Notes: a model not told the origin generated them from the letters alone. A stretch of DNA of 64,000 nucleotides from Thermoanaerobaculia bacterium (GCA_038319835.1 JBBQDQ010000001.1:19627-83626), one strand, 5' to 3'. Shown: positions 1 to 9,813, counted from the stretch's first letter. A program made the numbers and translations.

Positions 1-1274
1 AACGAGATGTGTCCGCCCGCGTCCATGTACTTTGCCGCGTTGTTCAGGAGGTTTACCACCACTTGCTCGATCCGGCCCGCGTCGGCCAGGCTCCAGAGCG
101 GCTCGGTCGGGAGCGACAACGAGAGCTCGTGCCGGCACTGCTCGATGAGAGGTCGCGCCGAGGATGCGGCCGCTGCGACGATGCTCCTGAGGTCGACGAT
201 CTCGAGCGTGAGCTGAACGCGCCCAAGAGTAACGCGGGAGACCTCCAGGAGGTCGTCGACGAGTCGCGCAAGCTGGCCGACCTGGCGCTCGATGACCTCG
301 CGCGCGTGTCGCTGGACCGTGCTCTCACCACCGGCGGCTCGCAAGAGAGCGGCCGAGGTCACGATCGGTGAAAGAGGATTGCGCAGCTCGTGAGCGAGCA
401 TGGCCAAAAACTCATCCTTGCGTCGGTGAAGGTCCGCCAGGTCCTCGTTCTGCGAAGCCACACGCTGCTCGAGGCGCACGCGCTGGCTGATGTCGCGGAT
501 ATTGCACTGGATGACTCTGGTGTGATCGACCGTGTAGATGTTGCTCACGAACTCCACCTGGGCCGCCCGACCGTCCTTGGTGCGGAGCGGCAGGTGGTCG
601 TAGCGGACGTAGCCGTGTTTCTGGAGCTCCTTGAACATGCTCTTGTTCGCTTCGATGTCCGCGAAGAGCCCGATCTCCCAGAGCTGCTTACCGAGGAGCT
701 CCTCCCTCTTGTATCCGAGCAGCTTCTCGATGAAAGGATTGGCGTCGTCGATCGCTCCATTCGGCTCATCGAGGATGAGGATCGCGTCCTCCGCCGCCTC
801 GAAAAGGCGACGATAACGGACCTCGGAGTCCTCCAGGAGCTTCAGCGCGTGATTCCTTGTTGTCATGTCCTCGATGGCGAGAAGGATCAGATCGGAATCG
901 TTACTCCCGCGGAGGAGCCTTCGCGCATTTAGCACCAGCGACCGAGGTCCCAGACTCGGGAAGTCGTGCTCGACCGTGAAATCCTCGAGGGCAGGGCTCT
1001 TAGCCAGCAGCTCCTCGAGGAGCTCCTTCAACCTGGAGATCTCCCACTGCCCGTCGCCCAGTGCGTAAATCAAACGGCCTTCGGTCTCATCGGGAGTCGT
1101 GCGAAAGGCCGTGTAGAAGGCACCGTTCGCGAACCTCACGACGAGGTTCCGGTCCAGGATGAGGAACGGCTCTCGAAGCGTCGCGATCACGTCTCTGCCG
1201 TAGTCGTGCGCTTCCTCCAGGGCTCGCTCCGCGGCCCTTCGTCCCTGGCGCAGCCCAATTTCGTCGTTCGTCAT
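1..1274 (-). CDS. PAS-domain sensor histidine kinase, partial (C-terminal HATPase end runs off the window at position 1)
   Basis: Reverse-strand translation from ATG at 1274 gives ~425 aa: two PAS-like segments, HisKA H-box 'LAHELRNPL', and HATPase N-box 'LLNNAAKYMDAGGHIS' at the window edge. Absent from the ORF track only because it has no in-window stop. Confidence 0.85.
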   Translation of the reverse strand, partial: MTNDEIGLRQGRRAAERALEEAHDYGRDVIATLREPFLILDRNLVVRFANGAFYTAFRTTPDETEGRLIYALGDGQWEISRLKELLEELLAKSPALEDFTVEHDFPSLGPRSLVLNARRLLRGSNDSDLILLAIEDMTTRNHALKLLEDSEVRYRRLFEAAEDAILILDEPNGAIDDANPFIEKLLGYKREELLGKQLWEIGLFADIEANKSMFKELQKHGYVRYDHLPLRTKDGRAAQVEFVSNIYTVDHTRVIQCNIRDISQRVRLEQRVASQNEDLADLHRRKDEFLAMLAHELRNPLSPIVTSAALLRAAGGESTVQRHAREVIERQVGQLARLVDDLLEVSRVTLGRVQLTLEIVDLRSIVAAAASSARPLIEQCRHELSLSLPTEPLWSLADAGRIEQVVVNLLNNAAKYMDAGGHIS

Positions 1275-1296
1275 TTCGAGACTACCTGAGACGAAG

Positions 1297-1324
1297 AGGA
1301 AGGGGGCCGGGTCAGCCCCCTTCC
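1297..1324 (-). terminator. Rho-independent terminator hairpin (GGGGGC-7 nt loop-GCCCCC, T-rich flank on the minus strand) after the 1335..1832 gene
   Basis: Perfect 6-bp GC stem at 1302-1320 directly downstream of the minus-strand stop at 1335. The reverse complement of the flanking 1291-1301 is TTCCTCTTCGT. Confidence 0.6.
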
Positions 1325-1334
1325 TTCCGTTCGA

Positions 1335-1832
1335 TCAGCTCCCGCGCACCCGGATCCAGGAGTCGCGCGTGGCGTCACGGACCTCTTTCCACTCGTAAAG
1401 GCTGTTTCCACGAGCTTTCGGCCACGTGCGCTCGAGCTCCGGCTCCACTTGTTCGAAGCGTTGGCCAGCCTTCGCCGACACGGCCTGCTCCCATCCATAC
1501 CGGTATGCCGGCTCGAGGTCCTCGAACTTGCGGTCCTTCCGGTAGTAGGGACGCGTGTTGTAAATATTCCGCCAATACGCGGCTTCGACCGTAGGGTCCA
1601 GCTTCTCGCCGACGGCGTGACCGGCAATCCCGCCCGCGACCGCTCCGGCAGCGGCTCCGACGACGGCGCCGACCGGCCCACCGACCGCCGCACCCACCGC
1701 GGCTCCCGCCGCCGCCCCCCCCACTGATCCCACGCCCGTGCCCACAGGGTGGGATCCGGGCTGACCGGTCATGGGATCCGGGTTCAGATTCTCTTTCACG
1801 ACGGGCCTGGGCTCTTCAAGTGTGCTTTTCAT
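1335..1832 (-). CDS. Glycine-rich hypothetical protein with a conserved aromatic-rich C-terminal domain ([12 protein letters not shown]...[18 protein letters not shown])
   Basis: ATG at 1832 is preceded by AAGGGAG with a 6-nt spacer (the track's TTG start at 1850 is less likely). Protein-like composition. The C-terminal 46 aa plus terminator are duplicated at 38815-38998. Confidence 0.65.
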   Translation of the reverse strand: MKSTLEEPRPVVKENLNPDPMTGQPGSHPVGTGVGSVGGAAAGAAVGAAVGGPVGAVVGAAAGAVAGGIAGHAVGEKLDPTVEAAYWRNIYNTRPYYRKDRKFEDLEPAYRYGWEQAVSAKAGQRFEQVEPELERTWPKARGNSLYEWKEVRDATRDSWIRVRGS

Positions 1833-1917
1833 TTTCTGCTCCCTTTCCAATTCAATGACGGCTCACGAGAGATCCGACGAGGAAGCCGCGCAGATTTCGC
1901 TCACGCGGCCGCCGCGG

Positions 1918-2145
1918 TTAGCGTTCGTGATGCGCCTTCTCGCGAATATCGCTCTTGAGCGCGTCGACCTTGTCCTTCACGAATTCGGCTGCCTTGACCG
2001 CCTCGACCTTTGCCTTTCCAACGACCTTCTTTACACGCCCATCGGCCTCCATCTTTTCGTTCCCGATGGCCTTCCCGACGGTCTGCTTGATCTTGCCGCC
2101 GAGCTCCTCGGCCGCGCCTTCTACCTTCTTCGTGATGTGGCTCAT
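1918..2145 (-). CDS. csbD: CsbD-family general stress protein
   Basis: 'MSHITKKVEGAAEELGGKIKQTVGKAIGNEKMEADGRVKKVVGKAK...' matches the CsbD KxKG repeat pattern. Internal ATG at 2145 with a weak SD chosen over the upstream TTG/ATG extension. Confidence 0.7.
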   Translation of the reverse strand: MSHITKKVEGAAEELGGKIKQTVGKAIGNEKMEADGRVKKVVGKAKVEAVKAAEFVKDKVDALKSDIREKAHHER

Positions 2146-3133
2146 GTTGAACCTGCCTTTCCCGTACTGAAGCCAGTACACGTCCATCACCGGAGCAACT
2201 GCCGTGCCGATTTGCATTTACATCCCTAACGGTGGCGGCAATGTCAGGGCGCCTTCTCGGGCGATCCCTCGCCGCGCGTTGAAGAAACTGCACCGAAACA
2301 TCCGATCTATGCCCGAGTTGCGCCGGATCGTCCTGGGTCCGGCTTTCGACGTTCGGAAGCTGCTCGCGTCGAAGCGGCCCTCCGAGACCGCTCCCAAGGT
2401 CAAGACGGAAGCGCCTGAACATCCTCGCTGGAACTGGTGCCCTTGACCCTGAGATACTCTGCGAAAAGCGTCCTGACGTTGACCTCGAGGGGAGACGTCC
2501 GTCGAGAAGCACAATCTCATCGCCCAGTGGGCCTTCGACACCCGGCCGGTGCTCCTCCGCTTCCACCTGTGGTCGGAGGACGTGGAGGTGGAGCGGGCGC
2601 AGACCGATCCGGTGTCGGCACACGCGTTCACGCCCCGCGGCATCGCCCGATGCCTCGCGATGACGTCCGCGGCGTCGCCGACGGGGTCTACCGGGTGAAC
2701 ACGAGACTTGCCGCGCACCAGGCCTCGAGCCGGATCGCCTTCACCTTCCGCCTGATGGAGCCTCTCGAAAGGGCACGCCACGTCTTCAGCCCGCTCCTCG
2801 TCCGCGCGTCGACCACACGACGCGGACGTCGTGCCGCGCGAGAAGCAGGAGACCATCCGGAAGGTGCTGGAGTGGTACCGGTCAAACCACCGGGCCTCCA
2901 TGGTCGCCCTTCGTGTAGAGACGAACCGAGAGCGCGGTTAACAGGGTCGGTCGTGGAGAAATTGTTCGCGTCGTCCATGTTGTCGACGTCGTTGCCGGTC
3001 TCGGGCGGCCGCTCGGCGAGGCGTTCGGCGATGGCGTCGAAAGCGGTCTCCGACCGGCAGGGACTCGCCGGTGAGCGCCGACTCGCGCACGTGGAGGTTC
3101 TTCGCCTCCTGCCGGATAATCTACGGTGTCTTG

Positions 3134-4456
3134 ATGAACGGTCCGTTTCCCTCCAATGTCGATGCGCTGATCTGTGGCGGAGGCCCGGGTGGCTCCACGT
3201 TCGCCTCGCTGATGGCGAAGAGTGGATACCGCACGGTCCTGTTCGAGCGCGACAAGTTCCCCCGCTTCCACATCGGCGAGTCGCTCCTCCCATGGAACGT
3301 GCCGCTCTTCGAGCGCATCGGCGTGTTGCCGAAGCTGATGGCGTCGGCGCCCCAGGTGAAATTCGGTGCGCGCTTCACCCATCAGGGATCGTCCCTCACG
3401 CGTGAGATCGTGTTCCGAAACGGCATCGACCAGGACCACCCGAGCGCGTTCCAGGTGAAACGGGCCGAGTTCGACGCGCTCCTCCTCGACCACGCCCGTG
3501 AGTCGGGGGCGGCCGTTTTCGAGGAGGCCCGCGTGACCGAGGTCGTCTTCAGCGCAGACGGCTCGAGGGCCATCGGCGTGAAAGTCCTGTTGAAGGGGGA
3601 GAGCGAGCCGCGGATGGTGGAGGCGAAGGTGGTCGTGGATGCCACCGGCCGGGACGCCCTCCTGTCCCGCCGCCTCGGCGGCCGGCGGCGCGATCCGGCT
3701 CTCGACCGCTCGGCCGCGTTCGCTCACTACGACACGTTTCGGCGTGCGGCGGGGCCCACCGGCGGCGATATCGTGATCGTCACGACGCCGGACGGCTGGT
3801 GGTGGCTGATTCCGTTTTCCGACGGCTCCGTTTCCGTCGGCATCGTCATGCCTTCCAACCGCTTCAAGGAGCGAATCGGCAGCGTCGAGCAGCTCTTCGA
3901 AGATTCGATCGCACGGACGCCGGAAGTGAGCGACCTCCTGGCAGACTCGAAGCGCACGATGGACGTGCAGGCCATCGCCGACTATTCGTACAGCACGCCC
4001 CGGATCTGCGGCGACGGCTTCTGCCTCGTCGGCGACGCGGCCTGCTTCCTCGACCCGGTCTTCTCCACCGGCGTCCTTCTCGCGATGTCATCCGCCGAGA
4101 TCGCGGCCGGAGCCGTCGACCGCGCGCTGCGCGCCAAGGGGCGCGTGGACGCGGCCGATTTCAGGGGCTTCGAGAGGACATACCGCGGAACAATCCGGCG
4201 GTTCACGCGTTTCATCCATGGCTTCTATCGCCCGCACGTGCTCGAGACTTTCTACACGACCGCGCCGAATCCGTGGATCGAGCGCGGAGTCACGACGGTC
4301 CTCGGAGGCGGCATCTTTCGCCCGACTCTCCGGGCACGGTTCTGGATCTTCGCCTTTCACGTCTGCACCGCGGCCATGTGGTTCCAGCAGCGCCTCCGGG
4401 GGCGGGGCGCCTTCGAGCGGGCGACGGGAATCGTCGAACGGGAAGGGCGGACGTGA
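3134..4456 (+). CDS. Flavin-dependent halogenase-like FAD monooxygenase
   Basis: GxGxxG ('ICGGGPGGSTFA'), 'DKFPRFHIGESLLP' (conserved Lys/GE(S) region), the diagnostic WxWxIP motif ('DGWWWLIPF') and FxxPxxSxG ('FLDPVFSTG'). Start could alternatively be GTG 3071. Confidence 0.75.
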   Translation: MNGPFPSNVDALICGGGPGGSTFASLMAKSGYRTVLFERDKFPRFHIGESLLPWNVPLFERIGVLPKLMASAPQVKFGARFTHQGSSLTREIVFRNGIDQDHPSAFQVKRAEFDALLLDHARESGAAVFEEARVTEVVFSADGSRAIGVKVLLKGESEPRMVEAKVVVDATGRDALLSRRLGGRRRDPALDRSAAFAHYDTFRRAAGPTGGDIVIVTTPDGWWWLIPFSDGSVSVGIVMPSNRFKERIGSVEQLFEDSIARTPEVSDLLADSKRTMDVQAIADYSYSTPRICGDGFCLVGDAACFLDPVFSTGVLLAMSSAEIAAGAVDRALRAKGRVDAADFRGFERTYRGTIRRFTRFIHGFYRPHVLETFYTTAPNPWIERGVTTVLGGGIFRPTLRARFWIFAFHVCTAAMWFQQRLRGRGAFERATGIVEREGRT

Positions 4457-5742
4457 GCTTCTGGCGCGGCCTGAAACTGGCCGGCTTCGCGCGCCGCCAC
4501 CTCGGCCGCATGGGCAGAGGCCGCAGAGAGGTGATGCAGCACCTCGCGAGCCCCCGCGCCGACAACCTCCCGATGCCGACCTTCGTGCAGCTCCGCGTCA
4601 CGAATCTCTGCAATCTCCGCTGCAAAATGTGTGGACAGTGGGGCGACACGGGAATCTACCGCGCGGACGCCCAGGCCGCCGTGTCCGACGGCGAGCGGGA
4701 GAGAAGCCGGATCAAGGAGCTGATCGGGCTCGACCGCCAGATGAGGCTCTCCGACTACGTCCGTCTCCTCGACGAGCTCGCGCCGTCGGCGCCGATCATC
4801 AGCCTGTTCGGCGGCGAGCCGCTGCTCTATCCCGATCTCCTGCCGCTCATCCGGGAGGTGAAGCGGCGCGGCCTGACGTGCTCGATGATCACGAGCGGCT
4901 GGCGGCTCGAGGAAATGGCGCGCGAGATCGTGGAGTCGGGTATCGACTCGATCATGGTCTCGATCGATGGGCCTCCCGACCTTCACGACCGGATCCGCGG
5001 TCAGGCGGGCACCTTCGCGCGCGCCGCGGCCGGCGTCCGGGCCGTGGCCCGCGCTCGCGCCTCGCTCGGTTCGGCAACGCCGATGCTCCTCGCGATGCTG
5101 CCGATCACCGAGCTCAACCTCGAAGACGTCGCGCCGGCTCTCGCGGCCCTCCGGGAGCTTCCCCTCGACACCGTCAACATCGGGCTCCGCTGGTTCGTCT
5201 CGAAGGACACCGGTGCGGCATACGAGAAGGTGATGTCGGAGACCTTCGGCGTCACGGGCGGCTCGTGGGAGGGGTTCGACTTCGACGGAGCGGACTTCGT
5301 CGCCACGAAGGGGCGCCAGCTGACCGAGCTCGCGAAGCTCCTGAAGGGCCTCCGCCGCCGCCGATTTCTCGACTCCGCCCGGGGACTTCCTTGGGTGTCC
5401 TTCGTGCCCGACGTGCCCGCGGACGGGGTGTCGGACTATTTCGCCGACGCGACGAAGACGTTCGGACACGACCTCTGTCCCGTGGCGTGGTATTTCGCGC
5501 AGGTGGAGCCGGACGGCGAGGTCTGCTTCTGCGGTGATTTCCCGGACTACTTCATCGGTAACGTCCGGAAGACCTCCTTCCGCGAGATCTGGACGGGGGA
5601 GCGTGCCGGCCGGTTCCGGGAAAAGCTCGCGAAAGAGCCGCTCCCGATCTGCAGCCGGTGCTGCGGGAACTACGTCTACGGAAAGTGGAAGCGGCCGCCG
5701 GCGGCCTACGCCGATGCGCCCGGATCGTCCCAGAAGCGGTAG
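4453..5742 (+). CDS. Radical SAM protein with C-terminal SPASM/twitch-like Cys cluster
   Basis: CxxxCxxC 'CNLRCKMCGQWG'; C-terminal 'CPVAWYF...CFCGDF...PICSRCCGNY'. GTG start overlaps the halogenase stop (GTGA), indicating translational coupling. Confidence 0.75.
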   Translation: MSFWRGLKLAGFARRHLGRMGRGRREVMQHLASPRADNLPMPTFVQLRVTNLCNLRCKMCGQWGDTGIYRADAQAAVSDGERERSRIKELIGLDRQMRLSDYVRLLDELAPSAPIISLFGGEPLLYPDLLPLIREVKRRGLTCSMITSGWRLEEMAREIVESGIDSIMVSIDGPPDLHDRIRGQAGTFARAAAGVRAVARARASLGSATPMLLAMLPITELNLEDVAPALAALRELPLDTVNIGLRWFVSKDTGAAYEKVMSETFGVTGGSWEGFDFDGADFVATKGRQLTELAKLLKGLRRRRFLDSARGLPWVSFVPDVPADGVSDYFADATKTFGHDLCPVAWYFAQVEPDGEVCFCGDFPDYFIGNVRKTSFREIWTGERAGRFREKLAKEPLPICSRCCGNYVYGKWKRPPAAYADAPGSSQKR

Positions 5743-6677
5743 AAGTTGAACCACTGCGTCGGGTGGGCGCGTACGACGCCTTCAAGGTCGGCTGCAACGC
5801 GGCTCATGACGCGGCGGGCGTCTTCCTCTGGCGAGAGCGAGCCGTCCGCGGTAATGGGCGCCCCCCAGACGTTGAAGTAAGACCCGTCGCGGCTGCGCAG
5901 GAAGAACCCGGGCAGGATTTCGCAGCCGCAGAAGCGGGCGAGGAGGGCCGGCGACCGGAGGAACGGCGTGGGGCGCCCGAAGTAAGGGACGAGCACCTGA
6001 TCTTCCGGGTAGGCCCGGTCGACGAGCAGCGCGACCGCGCGCCCCCCCTCGACCGCAGCGCGCACCCGGAACGCCGTGGCCATGGAGGAACCGATGTCGA
6101 TGGACTCGACGCCCAGCCGCGTCCGAAGACTCAGGCGCATCGCCTCCACGTCGGGGTCGAGCTCGGGCTGGCCCACGACGGCGGGCGTCAGCCCGTGGCC
6201 GCGCAACGTCACGGCGCCCATCTCCCAGTTTCCGACGTGTCCGGTGACGAGGAGAAATCCCCGGCCGTTCTTTCGCACGCTCGCGAGGACCGCGCGGTCC
6301 GCTTCGAACGACGTGATGCGGGGAACGAACGCGTCGCTTCGGAGGCGCCAGACGTCGATGACCGAGCGGCCGTACTCGAAGAAGAGGCACCGCCCGAGGC
6401 GTCGCGCCTCCCGGCTGGAGACACCGAGAGCGAGACGGAAGTTCTCCCGGATTCCGGCGAGCGTCTCCTTCATCACGATCACCGCGAGGCCGTTGCAGAC
6501 GAGCGAGATTCCGTGAAGGACGGCGAGAGGCAGCCAGAGCGCGCCGTAGTGAAGGCCGCGATACACGACCCGGTTCGACAGCCCGTGGCTCACCCATTTC
6601 CGGCGGCCGCGCGGGACGCTGCCGTCGGGCGCCGCTGGAATCGCCGGGCCGGCCTCGGAAGCCTCCCGCTTCAGCAT
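5706..6677 (-). CDS. Lysophospholipid/lipid A acyltransferase (LpxL/HtrB/MsbB family)
   Basis: 'LLVTGHVGNWEMG' matches the HxxxxD-type LPLAT motif of LpxL (LTGHFGNWE). Convergent with the radical SAM gene, overlapping by 37 bp. Confidence 0.65.
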   Translation of the reverse strand: MLKREASEAGPAIPAAPDGSVPRGRRKWVSHGLSNRVVYRGLHYGALWLPLAVLHGISLVCNGLAVIVMKETLAGIRENFRLALGVSSREARRLGRCLFFEYGRSVIDVWRLRSDAFVPRITSFEADRAVLASVRKNGRGFLLVTGHVGNWEMGAVTLRGHGLTPAVVGQPELDPDVEAMRLSLRTRLGVESIDIGSSMATAFRVRAAVEGGRAVALLVDRAYPEDQVLVPYFGRPTPFLRSPALLARFCGCEILPGFFLRSRDGSYFNVWGAPITADGSLSPEEDARRVMSRVAADLEGVVRAHPTQWFNFYRFWDDPGASA

Positions 6678-6774
6678 CGAGACACTTTCTCACGTTCCTG
6701 GGTCTGCGAGGTAGCCGCAGCGACCCGAAGGGCAGGTGCGGCGGAGAGCTCCCGATAGGAGCATTCTTCAGCGG

Positions 6775-9513
6775 ATGTCCCGGCGCCCCCGTATCCCGCT
6801 CCTTCTCCTCCTGGCTCTACTCGGCCCGGGTCCGCTCCTCGGCGCCCCGACGGTCTACGTTGGCACATACGTGTCGCCTGCCGACGGCGTCTTGCGCCTC
6901 TATGACGTTCGAACGCCCGCAGGGTATGACGGCGTCTCCAAAATGCCGGCCGCTCTCTTCCTGCACGGCAGAGGGGGAGGCGGGACGTCGTTTCAGACGG
7001 ATGGGTACTTCGCCGAGGCGGATGCACGCGGGTTCGTGCTCGTCTTCTGGCGGGGACGTTTCGATCCTACGATCGGAGCTCTCTCCACGCAGTACGTCGA
7101 CGGCGTGAACGGCATTCCGGACGAGACGGACGTCCTCGCGTGCCTTGCGAACGCGCTCACGTCGTTCGCGATCGATCCGGATCGCGTCCACCTCGTTGGT
7201 TTCTCGCAGGGCGGGAAGGGTGCGCTTTTGATCGGACTGAAGAACCCGGACCGCTTCGCTTCGATCGTCGACGGCGCCGGCCCGTCGGATGCCTTCGAAG
7301 GGCAGCTCTGGTCCCCGGGATTTCCCGATTACCGCGCGTCCGCGGGCGGCGATTTCGTGGGAGCGCAGGGTCCGGTGCTCGCCCGCTGGTTCGCACAGTC
7401 CCCTCGCTTCTACCTCGGCAACGCCAGGAACATCCCGCTGTACCTGGCGCACGGCACGTCGGATACCGTCGTTCCCGACTCGGTCTCGCTCTTTCCGTAC
7501 CGGAACACGCACCACATCGCCGACACGCCGGGATTCACGGACGCCCGGGGTTCCGTGGCGACTCTCTCCCAGCTCCGGCTTCAGGATTCCGGGGGTTACG
7601 TCACCCAAACCGCCTATCCGGTGGGCGTCGACCACGTGGAAGAGGTTGTGCTCGCTCCCGGACCGATCTTCGATTTCATGCTCGGCAGGGTCCGGGCGCA
7701 TCGTCCGGACAGGGTCGTGGCGACGTCTTACGATGGGGCCGACCGGAGCTACTACTGGTCGCGGCTCTCGAGAATGAACCCGCCGGACGGGACGCCTGCG
7801 GCCCTCGACGCAATCGCGGACCGTGCGGCGAACGCACTATCGATGACCGTCTCGGGAAGCCCGGACGTCGAGGTCCGCGTCGAGGACGCCGGGCTCGATC
7901 CCTCCCTGCCGCTGACGCTGCATGTCGCGGGTGGGCTCGCCCGCGTGCGCCTCACGGGAGATTTTCCGGCGGGGCTTCAGGTCCTTCGCGGCGGGATTCT
8001 CCAGAGTGAAGGCGCCTTCTACGGCCGGGCCGGCGCGGACGTCGTCTTTTCGCCCGCGGACGGCTTCCACGGGGAAGAGGTGAGAGTCGAAGCCGGGCCG
8101 CCGGGAGCGCTATCCGGGAGCGACCTTCTCGTTCCGGCGCTCGTCGACGCTCAGGGCCTTTCCGGTGCGGTCTTCAGGTCCGAGCTGACGCTGACGAACC
8201 TGTCTCCGCGGGATCTCACGGTCGAAGCGCTGCTGCTGGACGGGTCGGCCGCGACGACCTCCATCCACATGTCCTCGTTCGAAACCCTGTCGAAGTCGTC
8301 GCACGCTCTCTTCGCGTCGCTCGGCAAGCCGGGTGGAGTCGCCCCCCTCCGCCTCCGGATCGTGTCGGGGACGCCGGGCGTCCTCCTCGCGTCCGCGCGA
8401 GTCTTCAACACGGTTTCGGGCGGCGGGACGTACGGTCTGTCGTTTCCCGTCCTCTCCGCGCGTGAGTCCGTTCTGAGCGCGGGCGAAACGGTCGATCTCT
8501 TCGGGGCCTCGGACGCCCACCCGGCGCGCCTGAACGTCTCGCTCTTTGCCCCCTTCGAGGACGTGACTGCGGTTCTCGACACGTTCGACCCTCACGGCGC
8601 CCGCGCGACGAGCCGACCTCTCTCCCTCCCGGCCGGATCACGGACGCAGATGAACGACGTCCTGGCCGGCGTTCCGAATCCGGGGCGCGTTTCGCTTTCG
8701 ATCCTGACGGGACGGGCCCAGGTCTACGGAACCGCGATCTCGAATGCGTCCACGAACGATCCATTCCGAAGCCCACCGCTCGCGCGGAGCAATGTCTCGA
8801 CGGTCTGGACGGTCCCGGCCGTGGCCGCCGCTCCAGGCCGCGAGGGAGCCGTCTTCTCGAGCGACGTCTTCCTCGGCGCGCCTCCCGGCGCGCCGGATTC
8901 CGGGGTCTCGGTCGACCTCACCTTCCGATCCCGCGACGGAAGTCCTCCCGTGACCATGACGACCGCGGTCCCACGGGGAGCAACGCGGATCCTGGCGGAC
9001 GTCTTGCGCAGCGAGTTTCCGCAGTCGGTGCCGGGCGCGGGCGCGCTCGAGATTCGAAGCAGCGCGGGCGTTCAGGTTCTCGCCGTGACGCGGAGCGACT
9101 CGGACACGGGCCCCGCGTCGCAGGACGTCGCGTCGATCCGAGGGGGAGACGAGATAACCGCCGCGTCACCCTCCGCGTTTGTCGGAGTCGCCGAATTCGG
9201 GGAGGCTCGCTCGAATCTCGTCCTCGTGAACGAGGGGCCCGGCACGACCGTCGATCTCCGGATGTTGTACGAAGGGGGAGTCCTCGGAGGACACGTCACG
9301 GTCGACCTCGGTCCGGGCGAGATCAGGCAGGTCGATTCGTTCGCACGGCTCTTCGCACCGGGCTCCCGGATTCCGGTGAATTCGGCCACGCTCCTCTTGA
9401 TTCCGGCGCCGGGCGGGAGGGTCGTCGCGTCGGTCGCCCGTATCGACAACCGTACGAATGATCCAACCGGGATCAGCCCGGTTCCGATTCCGCGTGCGGC
9501 GAGCCTTCCTTAG
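6775..9513 (+). CDS. Secreted alpha/beta-hydrolase (esterase/PHB-depolymerase-like) with a large C-terminal beta-rich extension
   Basis: Signal peptide 'MSRRPRIPLLLLLALLGPGPLLGAP'; nucleophile elbow 'GFSQGG'; 'AHGTSDTVVP'. ~910 aa. Alternative GTG start at 6736. Confidence 0.65.
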   Translation: MSRRPRIPLLLLLALLGPGPLLGAPTVYVGTYVSPADGVLRLYDVRTPAGYDGVSKMPAALFLHGRGGGGTSFQTDGYFAEADARGFVLVFWRGRFDPTIGALSTQYVDGVNGIPDETDVLACLANALTSFAIDPDRVHLVGFSQGGKGALLIGLKNPDRFASIVDGAGPSDAFEGQLWSPGFPDYRASAGGDFVGAQGPVLARWFAQSPRFYLGNARNIPLYLAHGTSDTVVPDSVSLFPYRNTHHIADTPGFTDARGSVATLSQLRLQDSGGYVTQTAYPVGVDHVEEVVLAPGPIFDFMLGRVRAHRPDRVVATSYDGADRSYYWSRLSRMNPPDGTPAALDAIADRAANALSMTVSGSPDVEVRVEDAGLDPSLPLTLHVAGGLARVRLTGDFPAGLQVLRGGILQSEGAFYGRAGADVVFSPADGFHGEEVRVEAGPPGALSGSDLLVPALVDAQGLSGAVFRSELTLTNLSPRDLTVEALLLDGSAATTSIHMSSFETLSKSSHALFASLGKPGGVAPLRLRIVSGTPGVLLASARVFNTVSGGGTYGLSFPVLSARESVLSAGETVDLFGASDAHPARLNVSLFAPFEDVTAVLDTFDPHGARATSRPLSLPAGSRTQMNDVLAGVPNPGRVSLSILTGRAQVYGTAISNASTNDPFRSPPLARSNVSTVWTVPAVAAAPGREGAVFSSDVFLGAPPGAPDSGVSVDLTFRSRDGSPPVTMTTAVPRGATRILADVLRSEFPQSVPGAGALEIRSSAGVQVLAVTRSDSDTGPASQDVASIRGGDEITAASPSAFVGVAEFGEARSNLVLVNEGPGTTVDLRMLYEGGVLGGHVTVDLGPGEIRQVDSFARLFAPGSRIPVNSATLLLIPAPGGRVVASVARIDNRTNDPTGISPVPIPRAASLP

Positions 9514-9813
9514 GCCGCCGGGCGACCGCGGCGCCTCCGAGGAGCCACGAGAGAAGACCACCACCACACCCGGATCCCATCGAGAAGAGCACGCGCCCGC
9601 CCTTTTCGACGTCGATACGGAGGCGATGAGTCTCGAGAGAGCGCGCCGCCAGACGAAGCCAGCGCCTCTCCCGGCCGCGCACGGCCATCCGCGGGAGAGA
9701 CGTCCAGCGGATGCCAGAGGCGTCGAGCACGAGGCGGCTGCCGAGCCCGGTCAGTCTCATCGAGCCTGAAGGGCCCGTCAGAGCCAGCCAGCCGTCGACG
9801 GCGAGGCCCGGAT

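Noticed and set aside
3799-5742. 647-aa ORF spanning the halogenase 3' half and the radical SAM gene
   Set aside because: The N-terminal 218 codons are an out-of-frame R/P-rich overlay of the halogenase. The real gene starts at the GTG at 4453 just before the CxxxCxxC motif.
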